Shown here: positions 46,611 to 56,336 of the stretch, one piece after another | Position numbering within the stretch: position 1 is the stretch's first letter | How the letters are laid out: each line of letters starts with the position of its first letter | Virus record (IMG/VR): IMGVR_UViG_3300049182_000044 | Coordinates: 1-64,000 of that record | Source of the DNA: a virus | Taxonomy: Duplodnaviria; Caudoviricetes | Reading direction: 5' to 3' (one strand) | Length of the DNA stretch: 64,000 bases | The notes under the pieces: generated by a model | Database searches by the model: none | What the model was told of the DNA's origin: nothing | What the model saw: only the letters and a program-made list of their open reading frames with translations | Made by a program: the position numbers and the translations under genes

Positions 46611-46973
46611 ATGGCTAAACTTCATGTAGCACTTGCATCACAGCCCGAGCACAAATTCACGGGCTCGATCAAACTTCCCGGTATGACTCCTTTCTATTTC
46701 AATACAAAGGCCGTATCGGACAAGCAGGCAAAGAACAATGGCGTGGCTCAATTCGCCCGCAAGTTGAATATGTCAGTGGCGAACTTGCAGCGTCACATGA
46801 AGGACTATAAGCCGAAGATTGACATTTCGATGACTGAAGAGGCAAAGCCACCGAAAGAGGCTAAGCCCAAGCAACCCAAGCCTACGAAGGTCAAGATCGA
46901 TCACGAAGAAGCTCCAAAGGCTCCTATAATCGTAGCACCGAAGAAAGACAACCCGCAAGGCTCTTTATTCTAA
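46611..46973 (+). CDS. Hypothetical protein (MAKLHVALAS)
   Basis: Variant N-terminal motif; P/K-rich tail. Confidence 0.6.
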   Translation: MAKLHVALASQPEHKFTGSIKLPGMTPFYFNTKAVSDKQAKNNGVAQFARKLNMSVANLQRHMKDYKPKIDISMTEEAKPPKEAKPKQPKPTKVKIDHEEAPKAPIIVAPKKDNPQGSLF

Positions 46974-46985
46974 CTGGAAGACATC

Positions 46986-48275
46986 ATGAAAGTTCAAATC
47001 AGCCTCTCGGCCACCTCCTTTGAAAAGGGTGACCGCATCATTGCCAAGATCGCTAAAAACGAATGGCACACTGGAACCGTAACACGCGCTGGGGCTAAAC
47101 TTGGTTTGAAATTCGATGACGGCGCAACTGCGACTGTCGATCCCGAAGACTTTAAACTGGTCAAGAAGTTGACTACCGATAAGGTCTCGAAGAAACCTTT
47201 GACCGACGTTCAGGCAAAGCCATTGTTCGCCAAGGTAAAGAAAGAAAAGGCGACAAAGGATCCGAAGCCGGGTAAGAAGGTAAAGGTCGATGTGTCGGCT
47301 CTCCCCAGCGAGAAGCAGCAGAAGACTACGACCGTCGATCTCGACGCTCCGAACTACGATGACTGGATCAGCAAGTTCACCAAAGAGAAGGCTCAGAAGC
47401 AAATCGAAAAGCTGAAAGCCAAGATCGAAAAGATCAATGCAGCGGGGATGCGTGGTGCTCGCAAGTACGAAGACGCAGGTCCTATGGACCTCGCTTGGGA
47501 GAAGGCACAGCCTCTGCAAAACCAAGTAGACTTGCTTGAGTTCTGGCTGAAGAATCCGAAGAAGCAACCGCCGAAGGAAATGATTGCTGCATTCAACGAG
47601 CACCAAAGCCGTGAGCAGCGTAGTAAGCAATTCAAAGCACAACGCAAAGAGGCTGCTAGCAAGTTCCCTAGCTTGATTGGCAAGACCATCCAGTTCCAGA
47701 GCAAACGTGGGCTAATCGAAGCAGTCGTTATCAAGCAGTTGCCTGGTAAGTGGAGCGACAAGCCGCGTTACAAAGCACAGGAAGAAGGCAGGGGCACATG
47801 GACTGTGTCTCATGATCTGGTGCTGAAGGTGATTGACAAGGGCACGAATGCCAACTTGAAGAAGATCAACGAAGCTGCGGACAACAAGAAGGCATTGGCT
47901 AAACTGCTCAAAGAGAGCATCGGCGGTGAGATCACTTGGACCTCGTCCCGCCTGAACAAATCGGTGAAGGGTAGACTTACAGCAGTCGGACCTTCCAAGG
48001 TCAAAGCTACTGCGTTGGACAGTGGCGGTGATTGGAAGATTCCGCTCAACTTAATTACCCACGTAGGCGGCCAGCCGCTCGATAAGGGCATTGCAGGCTT
48101 GAAGCCGGCTAAGCCGTTGGTGGAGTCTGGACTGTTCATGGTTTATGACCGTCAAGGCAAACCGTTGATGAATAAGCCGGGTACGAAAGCAGAAGCGGAA
48201 AAGGCTTCTATGGAATACCTGAAGAACAACATGCGTCCGGGTGTCATGACTATGACGCGACCAGTCTACAAGTAA
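46986..48275 (+). CDS. Putative head protein (MKVQISLSA) with three SH3/Tudor/KOW-like beta modules
   Basis: KGDRIIA..W.TG.V..KFDDG; IGKTIQF..W.V; IGGEITW..W.IP. Confidence 0.5.
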   Translation: MKVQISLSATSFEKGDRIIAKIAKNEWHTGTVTRAGAKLGLKFDDGATATVDPEDFKLVKKLTTDKVSKKPLTDVQAKPLFAKVKKEKATKDPKPGKKVKVDVSALPSEKQQKTTTVDLDAPNYDDWISKFTKEKAQKQIEKLKAKIEKINAAGMRGARKYEDAGPMDLAWEKAQPLQNQVDLLEFWLKNPKKQPPKEMIAAFNEHQSREQRSKQFKAQRKEAASKFPSLIGKTIQFQSKRGLIEAVVIKQLPGKWSDKPRYKAQEEGRGTWTVSHDLVLKVIDKGTNANLKKINEAADNKKALAKLLKESIGGEITWTSSRLNKSVKGRLTAVGPSKVKATALDSGGDWKIPLNLITHVGGQPLDKGIAGLKPAKPLVESGLFMVYDRQGKPLMNKPGTKAEAEKASMEYLKNNMRPGVMTMTRPVYK

Positions 48276-48279
48276 TATC

Positions 48280-48588
48280 ATGGCACGTTTTCGTCCTGTA
48301 GGCCCGAAGCGTCCGTCAGTCGTTGCAAAGATCAGGCGCACAAAGACTCAGGCCTATGGGACGAAAGACCAGTGGGCTGTAATGTCAGCGGCATGTATTG
48401 CACGAGACGGGCATCGCTGTAAGCAATGCGGCAACCCGTCTCGTCCCGGCAATAGACTGAACGCGCATCACATTATCCCAGTTGCAAAGGGTGGCAAAAC
48501 CGTTCTCTACAATCTCAAAACACTGTGCGAAACGTGTCACTCGAAACAACCCGGGCATGGGCACATGCTTCGCAGACATAGACACTGA
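48280..48588 (+). CDS. HNH endonuclease
   Basis: RDGHRCKQCG..HHIIP..GG..NL..LCETCH. Confidence 0.9.
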   Translation: MARFRPVGPKRPSVVAKIRRTKTQAYGTKDQWAVMSAACIARDGHRCKQCGNPSRPGNRLNAHHIIPVAKGGKTVLYNLKTLCETCHSKQPGHGHMLRRHRH

Positions 48589-48721
48589 AAGGCATCACCA
48601 TGGCTGTACCCAAGACACTTAACTCATGACGACGTATGGGCTCCCTCGAAAGACGGAGCCTGTCCTCGTTTATGCGCCAATAAATATAATTTAAAGTATC
48701 GAACCACTAAGAGGATTCCTT

Positions 48722-49573
48722 ATGGATGCCCAGGCAATCACAGGGCGTATGTTGACCTCGCTGAGTGCAGACAAGCACACTATGATCCGGCATTACTTGT
48801 TAGCCTTCGGGATCACTAATGCCGGCAGCGATAAACTTCCGCCCGTATTCAAAGAGAAGCACCAGCCAGAATGGGAAGCGTTCACACGCGAGTTTGAGCT
48901 GAGCGTTCCTCGTGCAACGAAAGAGAAGATCGCCCTGTACCGCGTACTGGAGTTTGTGCGCTACATGAAACATATGGGCATCAACCCATTCCAAGGAGCG
49001 TTTAAGCATCCTGCTGAAGCGAAGATTGCTAGCAAGGGTGTCGATCCGGTCAAGGTGTACGAGAAGCTGCTTGAATCGAGTATGTTCGACGTTGCGCGGT
49101 CGATTTCGAGACTGGCTCACAAGACGCATTTGCTTTTGCAGATGAAGATCGCGAAGTCAGTGTCAGATGTGAAGGCGAAGAACGGGCAGTATGTTCTTAC
49201 AACAGCGTTCATTCTTAAACCTCAACGCAAAGATGACACTTTGGACGGGGTCTTGACAAACATGCGTGGTCTGTTGTATAATGACAGTAAAGTGCCAGTT
49301 CAACTCACTGAGCGCAAGCAAGCCCTGCCAAAGACCTCCCGCGCAAAACCCAAGATTCAAAATAGCAAAGCTGAAGTGCTGCTCCGAAGCGAATCCTTCA
49401 TGGGATGGTATCCGCTGTCCAAGAACGATCACTTCGTTGCGTACTTGATCCGCGCACGGGAAGACCTGCTTGTGTTCAAAGTCAAAGTGGCACTTGATGT
49501 AGACGTAAACCTAGGCTCTTCTACCAAGCAGACAATCATGCGTCTTTGGACGAAGGCGTTTAAATCAATTTAA
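48722..49573 (+). CDS. Putative head protein (LTSLSA)
   Basis: GAGGA RBS; SLSA at residues 13-16. Confidence 0.55.
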   Translation: MDAQAITGRMLTSLSADKHTMIRHYLLAFGITNAGSDKLPPVFKEKHQPEWEAFTREFELSVPRATKEKIALYRVLEFVRYMKHMGINPFQGAFKHPAEAKIASKGVDPVKVYEKLLESSMFDVARSISRLAHKTHLLLQMKIAKSVSDVKAKNGQYVLTTAFILKPQRKDDTLDGVLTNMRGLLYNDSKVPVQLTERKQALPKTSRAKPKIQNSKAEVLLRSESFMGWYPLSKNDHFVAYLIRAREDLLVFKVKVALDVDVNLGSSTKQTIMRLWTKAFKSI

Positions 49574-49580
49574 TGTAAAT
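49573..49580 (+). promoter_or_regulatory. Candidate phage promoter ATGTAAAT
   Basis: 22 nt upstream of the 49602/SNF2 unit. Confidence 0.5.
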
Positions 49581-49601
49581 CGAAGGAAATGGGCATTCAC
49601 C

Positions 49602-50045
49602 ATGAATGAGAAAATCAGAAGTACCATCGAAAAGATCTCGGCTCTTTCGTTTAACGCTCGCGTGATCGCTGATCGCCTCGGGGTTAAGGGTTCGGCCAAA
49701 CAGGTATCTACCAGTGCGGGTGTCGAGGACGTTAATACGCTCAAGGATCAGATCATTACGCTCAACAAAGAAGTCGATGCATTGCGCGACCTCATTGATG
49801 ACGAGCATGATGCAGTCTTCACCGACGAACAGGCAAGCACATTCACCGCGGCTTTCGAGAAGAGCCTCGCTGATTTGCCGCATGTGGTCATCAGCTCGGT
49901 GTACACAGCAGAATACTTGAAGGCAAACCCGCGTAACATTCGTTACCTGATCTGCCTGACTCTGGTGAACACGTTCACCACTCGCAACCTTGTGCCGATG
50001 CCTTTGTGGTACACGGTCATCGCAAACAACGGTTCTCTTAATTAA
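49602..50045 (+). CDS. Hypothetical protein
   Basis: 147-aa ORF directly upstream of the SNF2 gene. Confidence 0.65.
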   Translation: MNEKIRSTIEKISALSFNARVIADRLGVKGSAKQVSTSAGVEDVNTLKDQIITLNKEVDALRDLIDDEHDAVFTDEQASTFTAAFEKSLADLPHVVISSVYTAEYLKANPRNIRYLICLTLVNTFTTRNLVPMPLWYTVIANNGSLN

Positions 50046-50057
50046 CAGGGAAGAACA

Positions 50058-53000
50058 ATGAACAACAGTTCCATTCATGAGGCAAGTGCTCTCGGCAATG
50101 CACTCGAGGGCGGTGAAGGCATGACTCCTCTGGAGCGTGCTCAGACTTCACTCTCGAACACTTCGTTCGAGGCGTTGTTGCCTATTCAGCTCGATCCGGA
50201 TTCACAAGTTGCAAAGGACTACGACCAGGTATTCTACCCGCGTCGTAAGCCGCTGAAAGGTGCGTTCACCAATCGCGGTATGTATCCTGAACTGGCGAAA
50301 TACCTCGCCGAAGTCAGCGGCTATCTCAATGCGGTGTTCAGCCAAGCTCGTTACCTGCTCAGTGAAGCACCTCTGCTGGCTACGATGCCGAAAGATGCGA
50401 CGATGGCGATGACCACTCGCCACCTCGATACGGTCATCAAACGCATCGACAAAGACAACATCAACATCGCGCAAAAGGCGTTCATCGAATCCGTTAGCAG
50501 CGGTAAGGCTCACATCATCAAGCCGTCCAACCGTTACAAGAACGGCTTCGATGTGATCTACAGTGGCTTGCCGACGTTTGGTGGTGCGAAGGGTACCGCG
50601 ATCTCTCTGCAGCCCGGTGCCGGTGGCATCAATCACGCTTTGCCGGAAAGCACTCGTGACGCAGGCTGGCGTGGTATGCGTGAAGAAGGCGGCTCGTTGA
50701 CACTCGAAATAGGCAAGCGTTCGCTCACTATGTGCCGCGAACTCATTACCGACCTCTTCGAGGACGCAAACATCGGTACGCTGGCCACCGCGCACAATCG
50801 TCACACGAAGATCCTCCCGCTTGACTTTGACTTCCGTAAGGTTGTTGGTGATGCGGTTGATGCAATGAAGGGCCTTGGCGTTGACATGCGCCCTCTCGCA
50901 GACATCCCGAAGGTGGACCCGCTGCTGTTCAAAGGTCTCGGTAAGTACTTCTCTATCGTAGCCATCTACGAAGCCAACCACAACATCGTTCGCAAGCGTT
51001 TGATCGACGAAACCCAAACGCCTGAGAACTACAACATGAACGAGGACTTCCTCGCGATGCAGCCGAACATCGGCTTCTCTATCGTGATGCACCTCCCGCA
51101 GGAAATCGTTTCGTTCATCACCCAGACGAAGCCGAGTGATCGCGTTCCTCTCGCAGCACTCAATACCTGGGTGTCTGCATGGTCGCGCGCTCTGTTGAAG
51201 ATTCCGAAAGCGAAGGCCAAGAAGGGCGAGCGTGTTACCGTTATGGGCAGCCCGCGATATGTCCTGCCTGCATCGACAACAACTGCACTGATCGAGCGTC
51301 GTAAGCAGCTGGGCTTCTTCACTGAGGAAGGTCGTACTAACGAAGACAACCTCTATGTGTCGAATGTCGGTACGTTGAACTTCTGCCCGAAGTCGTCTGA
51401 TCTGGCGATGGAGAACGCTCGCAATTACGAGCGCCTGCTGGAGGAAGCACTTCAGTTGTCTTTCGACGCGGGTACTCCGCTCAATGCTTCTCAGATGGGT
51501 GAAACGAATCCGGTATTCGGCCTCGTGCATCCTGAATATCGTGAGAAGATTGCAGGCTTGAAGTCGCAACTCAAGCGTTACGCCGGTGCTGTGCAGACCT
51601 ACAGCTGGGATTACAACTGCATTCTGACCAGTGCTATGAGTGACCCGGACAAGCTGATCGCTACCAATCTGGCCGGTGCTGCAAAGCCTGATGAACTGTC
51701 CGTCGCAGATTACCTGCGTAAGCCGTTCGCACAGTCTATGATGCTTCTGTTCCCCGACTCGAAGGCAGACGTAGTTGACGAATCGGATCCGATGAAGAAG
51801 GTCACTGCTGACGGCAAGACCGAAAGCAAGACCAAGCCGGCTACGATGGCCACTTACGGTCACGGCGGTTCTGCCACTCCGATGCTGCGTACCTCGGTGT
51901 TTCAGAACGCGAAGAAGCTGTACACCTACCTGCTTCAAGACAAAGCTGTACCTTCATTTCAAGAGCTGGTCGATAAAGCTGCTCAAGACCTAAACGTCAA
52001 GAACTTGGAGACAGACGAGCACGTAGCACCGTATGAGAAGAATCTTTTCAACGGCCTGCTCACAGCGGATCTGAAGGTGTCTCCTGTACTTAATCCGGCA
52101 ACGTCCTCTCCTCAGCGTCAAGTTGACGCGATCTGGACGATGCTGGAACGAGCTATTCGTGACTCTTCCGGCTTTCCTGGCTCGAATCTGGCGCGGCATT
52201 GTTATGCAACTGGTGAGAACATCGACGAGAACGATCACTTCTTCAACCCGGAGCATTTCACACTGGCCGAGTTCAAGAACGTCTACAAGTATTTCGGTGG
52301 GCGTATTTTCTACCATGCGATGCAGGCACTGGCGCATGCTGATCGCAAGAAGCTGATGGTGATCAACCTCGAAAACCCGCAGCCGCAAGTGAACTTCACT
52401 GCACTCGTGAACGAGGTAATACCGCTTGCTGTCATGCTCAGCAAGTACGTCCCGCAGTCGGAACAGATCTACACGAAGGCAGACGAACTGGCAGAGAAGA
52501 ACAAGCGCAACACTTCGATCACGGCTGATGACATCCATGTGCCGGGCTCGAAAGGTCCGAATGCTCAAACAGGCGATCCGGGCTTCCAATTGTTCCCGCA
52601 CCAGATCGAAAGTCACCAATACCTGCGTAATGCTCCTCGCTTCGCTGTGCTGGACATTGCACCGGGCGGTGGTAAGACCATTGCAGTTCTGTCTGATATT
52701 GCGAACTTGGTTCGTGATAAGAAGTGCACGAAGCCGTTGATCGCATGCCCGAATGGCCTGGTACGTAACTGGGTTGAGGACATGCACAAGATCACCCAGG
52801 GCAAGTGGAATATCATCCCGATCACCACTTCAATCTATCGTACCTGGGGTGACGAGCGTCTGACCAAGATGATTCACAATGCACCGCGAAACACTATCGT
52901 GGTCGTCGGCTTGTCAGTTCTCAAGCTGCAGAAGTATCCGGTCGTTATCGGCAATCACGTTGAAGTCGTCTCCGGTACGCTGGAGTTCATCAAGAAGTTC

Positions 53001-55832
53001 GGCTTCGACTACGTTGCACTGGACGAATCGCATCGCGTTAAGAACCCGAAGACTGCTGTCCACAAAGCTGTTAAGCAATTGTGTACCGCATCGTCGGTCA
53101 AGTACATTCGTTTGGCCACTGGTACGCTGATCTCGAACAAGCTGACAGACGTAGTTGGTCAGGCAGCGATGTTCTCGTCGCAGATTTTCCGTACACCGGA
53201 AGAGTACGAAGCAGCGAACAGCGAACAGATCGGCGACACTAAGGTGTGGACGTGGAAGAAAGAGACGCCGCGTCTTGCGCGTGAACAGTTGTCGCGCCAC
53301 TCAGCAGTCATTACGTTCAAGCGTAAAGAGTGGGCATTCATGCTCCCAGTACCGAAAGAGAAGTTCATCGCGGTTGCCCTTAGCAAGTCTGAGAAGGAAG
53401 GCGGCGATGCTCACCAGCTGATGTACGATGCAATTCTCAAGCAGACCCTCGAGGAGTTGAAGAAGGACGAGGACGTCATGAAGTTGCTGAAAGGCGATGA
53501 TGACGACGAGAATGGTGACGACGACGAGAACGGTGACGAAGACAACGGGCCGTTGATGCCTGAAGACCTCGATGATGCCACGATGGCTGAACTTGAAATG
53601 TCGCTGCGCCCGTACTTGCAGCGTCTAGAGATGATGCTTGTCGATCCGTTGGGCGACCCGTTCGGTGAAGTGTACTTCAAGGGCATGAAGCGCGGTGACT
53701 TTGTCTCCAATAAGGTGCTGAGGGTTATCGAGCGTATCAAGCTCAACTTCATTGACTTCCATTGGGAGAAGGGCAAGGTATACAGCAAGAAGGGTGTTGA
53801 CGAACAAGGCAACGACCTCGACCTGTGTGACTTCAATGGCAAGCGTTATGCGTTGATGCCGCCACCCAATGTCAATCCTCTGGATCGTGAAGCGTACTAT
53901 GCACCGTACAAGTCGATCATTGAGCCGGACAAGGATCCACGTTGGAAGGAAGAGCCTCGTGGTAAGGTCATTGTGTTCTGCCGCTACACCCGTTCGGTGA
54001 ATGCGATCTTCCATGCACTTGAGCAGTTGAGTCCTACACTCGCTAAGATGGCAGTACGCTTCCACGGCGAGATCAAGGACAAGTGGGCCAACCTCGATGC
54101 GTTCAAGTCTACGCCTATCAGCAAGAACAAAGGCGTACAGATCCTGATCGCAAACGAGCAAGCTATCTCTGAAGGCCACAACCTGCAGATGGCATCCCGC
54201 TTGATTCGTGTTGAATCGCCCTGGGCACCAGGTGAGCTCGATCAGTCGTCTGCTCGTATCTTCCGTCCTGATCCGACTGGGGCATTCACACGCGAAAACG
54301 TGTACCTTGATTGGGTGATGGCGAACGGTTCGATGGAAGTCGCTAAGATGGGTCGTTTGATCTCGAAGATGCTGACGAAAGCTCAGTTCGACGAGGCCGG
54401 CAATCCACTGTACGAAGCTCTCAACGAGTATCAGTTGGCACCGATTTCGATGTCGCTGGAGACAATCGCATCGACGCCGCTGCTGTCTGATATTGAGGAG
54501 TACACCAGCGCATACGGCGACCTCGCAAGTATCATGAGTTCAGAGTTCCGTGAGATGCGTGCTACGCGTCCTGCGAAGATGTTCTCTATCGAGCCGGAGC
54601 CGATGCTGGAAGATGCGAAGATCATCGACTACGTACCGTATGTCCCGAACATGCGTGTGCCGGATCGTAACAACTTCGGTCTGATTGCATTGCCTGAGTT
54701 CTTGCAAGACACGGAGAACGAAGAAGCAGTCGAGATCCTTAGCGACCCGAAGAAGTTGATCGGTATGTATGCACATACTGAAATGGGTAATGGTACGATC
54801 ACGAATGTAACGTTCCGTACCAGCAAGGATAATCCGAATGCCCCGAAGCGTATCATTCGTGTTGAGGTAACGCTTGCAGGCAGCGAAGAGAAGTACGAAG
54901 GTGACCCGTCAATGATTCACATGGCGACAAACCTGACCGCTGAAACAATCAAGAACTTCCAAGTCAAAGCCAAGGTCGCGACGAAGAAGGACAAGGAACG
55001 TGCTGAGAAGTTGCGCAAGAAGGCAGCATTGAAGGCGGAAAAGGAAGCAAAAAAGATCGCACGGCAGAAGAAGCGTGAGAAGGAATCGCTTAAGAAGCTG
55101 AAGGAGATCGAGAAGCTGAAGGACAAGAAGGGCAAGGTGTCGGCACCTAAAAAACCAAAGGTTGAAGAGCCTGAGGAAGACGAGGATGATGATGTTGAAG
55201 ATAACACCAGCGTCGAGCTTTACCCGGTTGTGTACAACGGCTTCCTCGCACTCGAAGCGATTCCTGAAGACGAAGACCTGAATCTGAAGAAGTATGGGTT
55301 TAAGCCTTTCGGCGATTATGCGTACATTGGTATCAAGGACTATGTGACGTTCGATGCGGTAATGAAAGCGCTCACGAAGAAATTCAAGATCGCCAAACCC
55401 GTGTTGAAGCGCTTGGAGTTGCTGCACGATTCGTTCCAGACGGGTCGTGGCCGCAAGTTCGACGTTGCACAAGCACCGATCAGCGAGTTCAAGAACTTCT
55501 ACCGACTGAGCCACACAATGGCTAAGAAGGATGAAGAGACTGGTAAGGTCGAACTCAAGATCTATCCGGTCATCATGAACGGCCAGTTGATGCTGACAGT
55601 AGACTTGGCGACCAACCCGATTGTTCGCAAACTCCTGAACAAGACGATTCCGAAGTCCAAGTCCAAGTTCCAATTGGCGCATGGACTCGATGTGCAGTTC
55701 TTTAAGTCCAAGGCTGAAATGAAAACCGTCTTCAAGAAGATGGTGGCCGGCGGCATCGAGATCACGAATCGTAAAGAGTACGAGAAGGAGTTCGAGGCTC
55801 TCAAGCTGAAGCAGGACAAGGTCAAGAAGTAA
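50058..55832 (+). CDS. Giant SNF2/SWI2-family helicase-like ATPase (DarB-like)
   Basis: Walker A APGGGKT, LDESH, ATGT, HG.I, SEGHNLQ, PWAPGELDQSSARIFR. Confidence 0.85.
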   Translation: MNNSSIHEASALGNALEGGEGMTPLERAQTSLSNTSFEALLPIQLDPDSQVAKDYDQVFYPRRKPLKGAFTNRGMYPELAKYLAEVSGYLNAVFSQARYLLSEAPLLATMPKDATMAMTTRHLDTVIKRIDKDNINIAQKAFIESVSSGKAHIIKPSNRYKNGFDVIYSGLPTFGGAKGTAISLQPGAGGINHALPESTRDAGWRGMREEGGSLTLEIGKRSLTMCRELITDLFEDANIGTLATAHNRHTKILPLDFDFRKVVGDAVDAMKGLGVDMRPLADIPKVDPLLFKGLGKYFSIVAIYEANHNIVRKRLIDETQTPENYNMNEDFLAMQPNIGFSIVMHLPQEIVSFITQTKPSDRVPLAALNTWVSAWSRALLKIPKAKAKKGERVTVMGSPRYVLPASTTTALIERRKQLGFFTEEGRTNEDNLYVSNVGTLNFCPKSSDLAMENARNYERLLEEALQLSFDAGTPLNASQMGETNPVFGLVHPEYREKIAGLKSQLKRYAGAVQTYSWDYNCILTSAMSDPDKLIATNLAGAAKPDELSVADYLRKPFAQSMMLLFPDSKADVVDESDPMKKVTADGKTESKTKPATMATYGHGGSATPMLRTSVFQNAKKLYTYLLQDKAVPSFQELVDKAAQDLNVKNLETDEHVAPYEKNLFNGLLTADLKVSPVLNPATSSPQRQVDAIWTMLERAIRDSSGFPGSNLARHCYATGENIDENDHFFNPEHFTLAEFKNVYKYFGGRIFYHAMQALAHADRKKLMVINLENPQPQVNFTALVNEVIPLAVMLSKYVPQSEQIYTKADELAEKNKRNTSITADDIHVPGSKGPNAQTGDPGFQLFPHQIESHQYLRNAPRFAVLDIAPGGGKTIAVLSDIANLVRDKKCTKPLIACPNGLVRNWVEDMHKITQGKWNIIPITTSIYRTWGDERLTKMIHNAPRNTIVVVGLSVLKLQKYPVVIGNHVEVVSGTLEFIKKFGFDYVALDESHRVKNPKTAVHKAVKQLCTASSVKYIRLATGTLISNKLTDVVGQAAMFSSQIFRTPEEYEAANSEQIGDTKVWTWKKETPRLAREQLSRHSAVITFKRKEWAFMLPVPKEKFIAVALSKSEKEGGDAHQLMYDAILKQTLEELKKDEDVMKLLKGDDDDENGDDDENGDEDNGPLMPEDLDDATMAELEMSLRPYLQRLEMMLVDPLGDPFGEVYFKGMKRGDFVSNKVLRVIERIKLNFIDFHWEKGKVYSKKGVDEQGNDLDLCDFNGKRYALMPPPNVNPLDREAYYAPYKSIIEPDKDPRWKEEPRGKVIVFCRYTRSVNAIFHALEQLSPTLAKMAVRFHGEIKDKWANLDAFKSTPISKNKGVQILIANEQAISEGHNLQMASRLIRVESPWAPGELDQSSARIFRPDPTGAFTRENVYLDWVMANGSMEVAKMGRLISKMLTKAQFDEAGNPLYEALNEYQLAPISMSLETIASTPLLSDIEEYTSAYGDLASIMSSEFREMRATRPAKMFSIEPEPMLEDAKIIDYVPYVPNMRVPDRNNFGLIALPEFLQDTENEEAVEILSDPKKLIGMYAHTEMGNGTITNVTFRTSKDNPNAPKRIIRVEVTLAGSEEKYEGDPSMIHMATNLTAETIKNFQVKAKVATKKDKERAEKLRKKAALKAEKEAKKIARQKKREKESLKKLKEIEKLKDKKGKVSAPKKPKVEEPEEDEDDDVEDNTSVELYPVVYNGFLALEAIPEDEDLNLKKYGFKPFGDYAYIGIKDYVTFDAVMKALTKKFKIAKPVLKRLELLHDSFQTGRGRKFDVAQAPISEFKNFYRLSHTMAKKDEETGKVELKIYPVIMNGQLMLTVDLATNPIVRKLLNKTIPKSKSKFQLAHGLDVQFFKSKAEMKTVFKKMVAGGIEITNRKEYEKEFEALKLKQDKVKK

Positions 55833-55841
55833 TTGAAGCAC

Positions 55842-55863
55842 GCCACGGCCTTCGGGTCGTGGC
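55842..55863 (+). terminator. cUUCGg hairpin after the SNF2 gene
   Basis: GCCACGGCC-TTCG-GGTCGTGGC; weak U-tract. Confidence 0.55.
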
Positions 55864-55881
55864 TCTAACGGAGAATCCATC

Positions 55882-56217
55882 ATGCAAGTCACTAAGTCAC
55901 AACTGGAACGTCAACAGTTGATCCTCAAAGCCCTCGGTTTCTACTTCGGTAAGCTGGACGGCATTTGGGGCCCTATGTCAATTGAGGCGAAGAAGAAGTA
56001 CGAAGCCGATGCTTCGTTCCGTCCAGGGATCCCGAACAACGGTATGCCTTTCGGTGAGCGTCCGCCTTATCCGGCAGGCATCACTCTCGATCATGCAACT
56101 GGCCTTCTGCATCATCCGCGGATCGATCTGCATACTCTTCCTACCGCAGCGCCTCAGCCTTCTGAGGAAGAGCTGGAGCAACTTACCGCTCCTGACACGG
56201 ACACAGGCAACGAGTAA
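55882..56217 (+). CDS. Peptidoglycan-binding-domain protein
   Basis: QLILKALGFY.G.LDGIWGP.S..A (PG_binding_1 pattern). Confidence 0.7.
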   Translation: MQVTKSQLERQQLILKALGFYFGKLDGIWGPMSIEAKKKYEADASFRPGIPNNGMPFGERPPYPAGITLDHATGLLHHPRIDLHTLPTAAPQPSEEELEQLTAPDTDTGNE

Positions 56218-56235
56218 TCCTCTATCCCACCACCC

Positions 56236-56258
56236 AAAGGCGGCCTCGTGTCGCCTTT
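56236..56258 (+). terminator. Hairpin terminator
   Basis: AAAGGCGGC-CTCGT-GTCGCCTTT. Confidence 0.6.
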
Positions 56259-56294
56259 CCTCACCTTTAGGCTCTCTTCGCCCCAAACGCAAAA

Positions 56295-56302
56295 CTGTAA
56301 AT
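56295..56302 (+). promoter_or_regulatory. Candidate phage promoter CTGTAAAT
   Basis: 35 nt upstream of polA, just after a terminator. Confidence 0.6.
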
Positions 56303-56336
56303 ACGATATGCGTGATTTAATGCGTTGAGAGAACCT

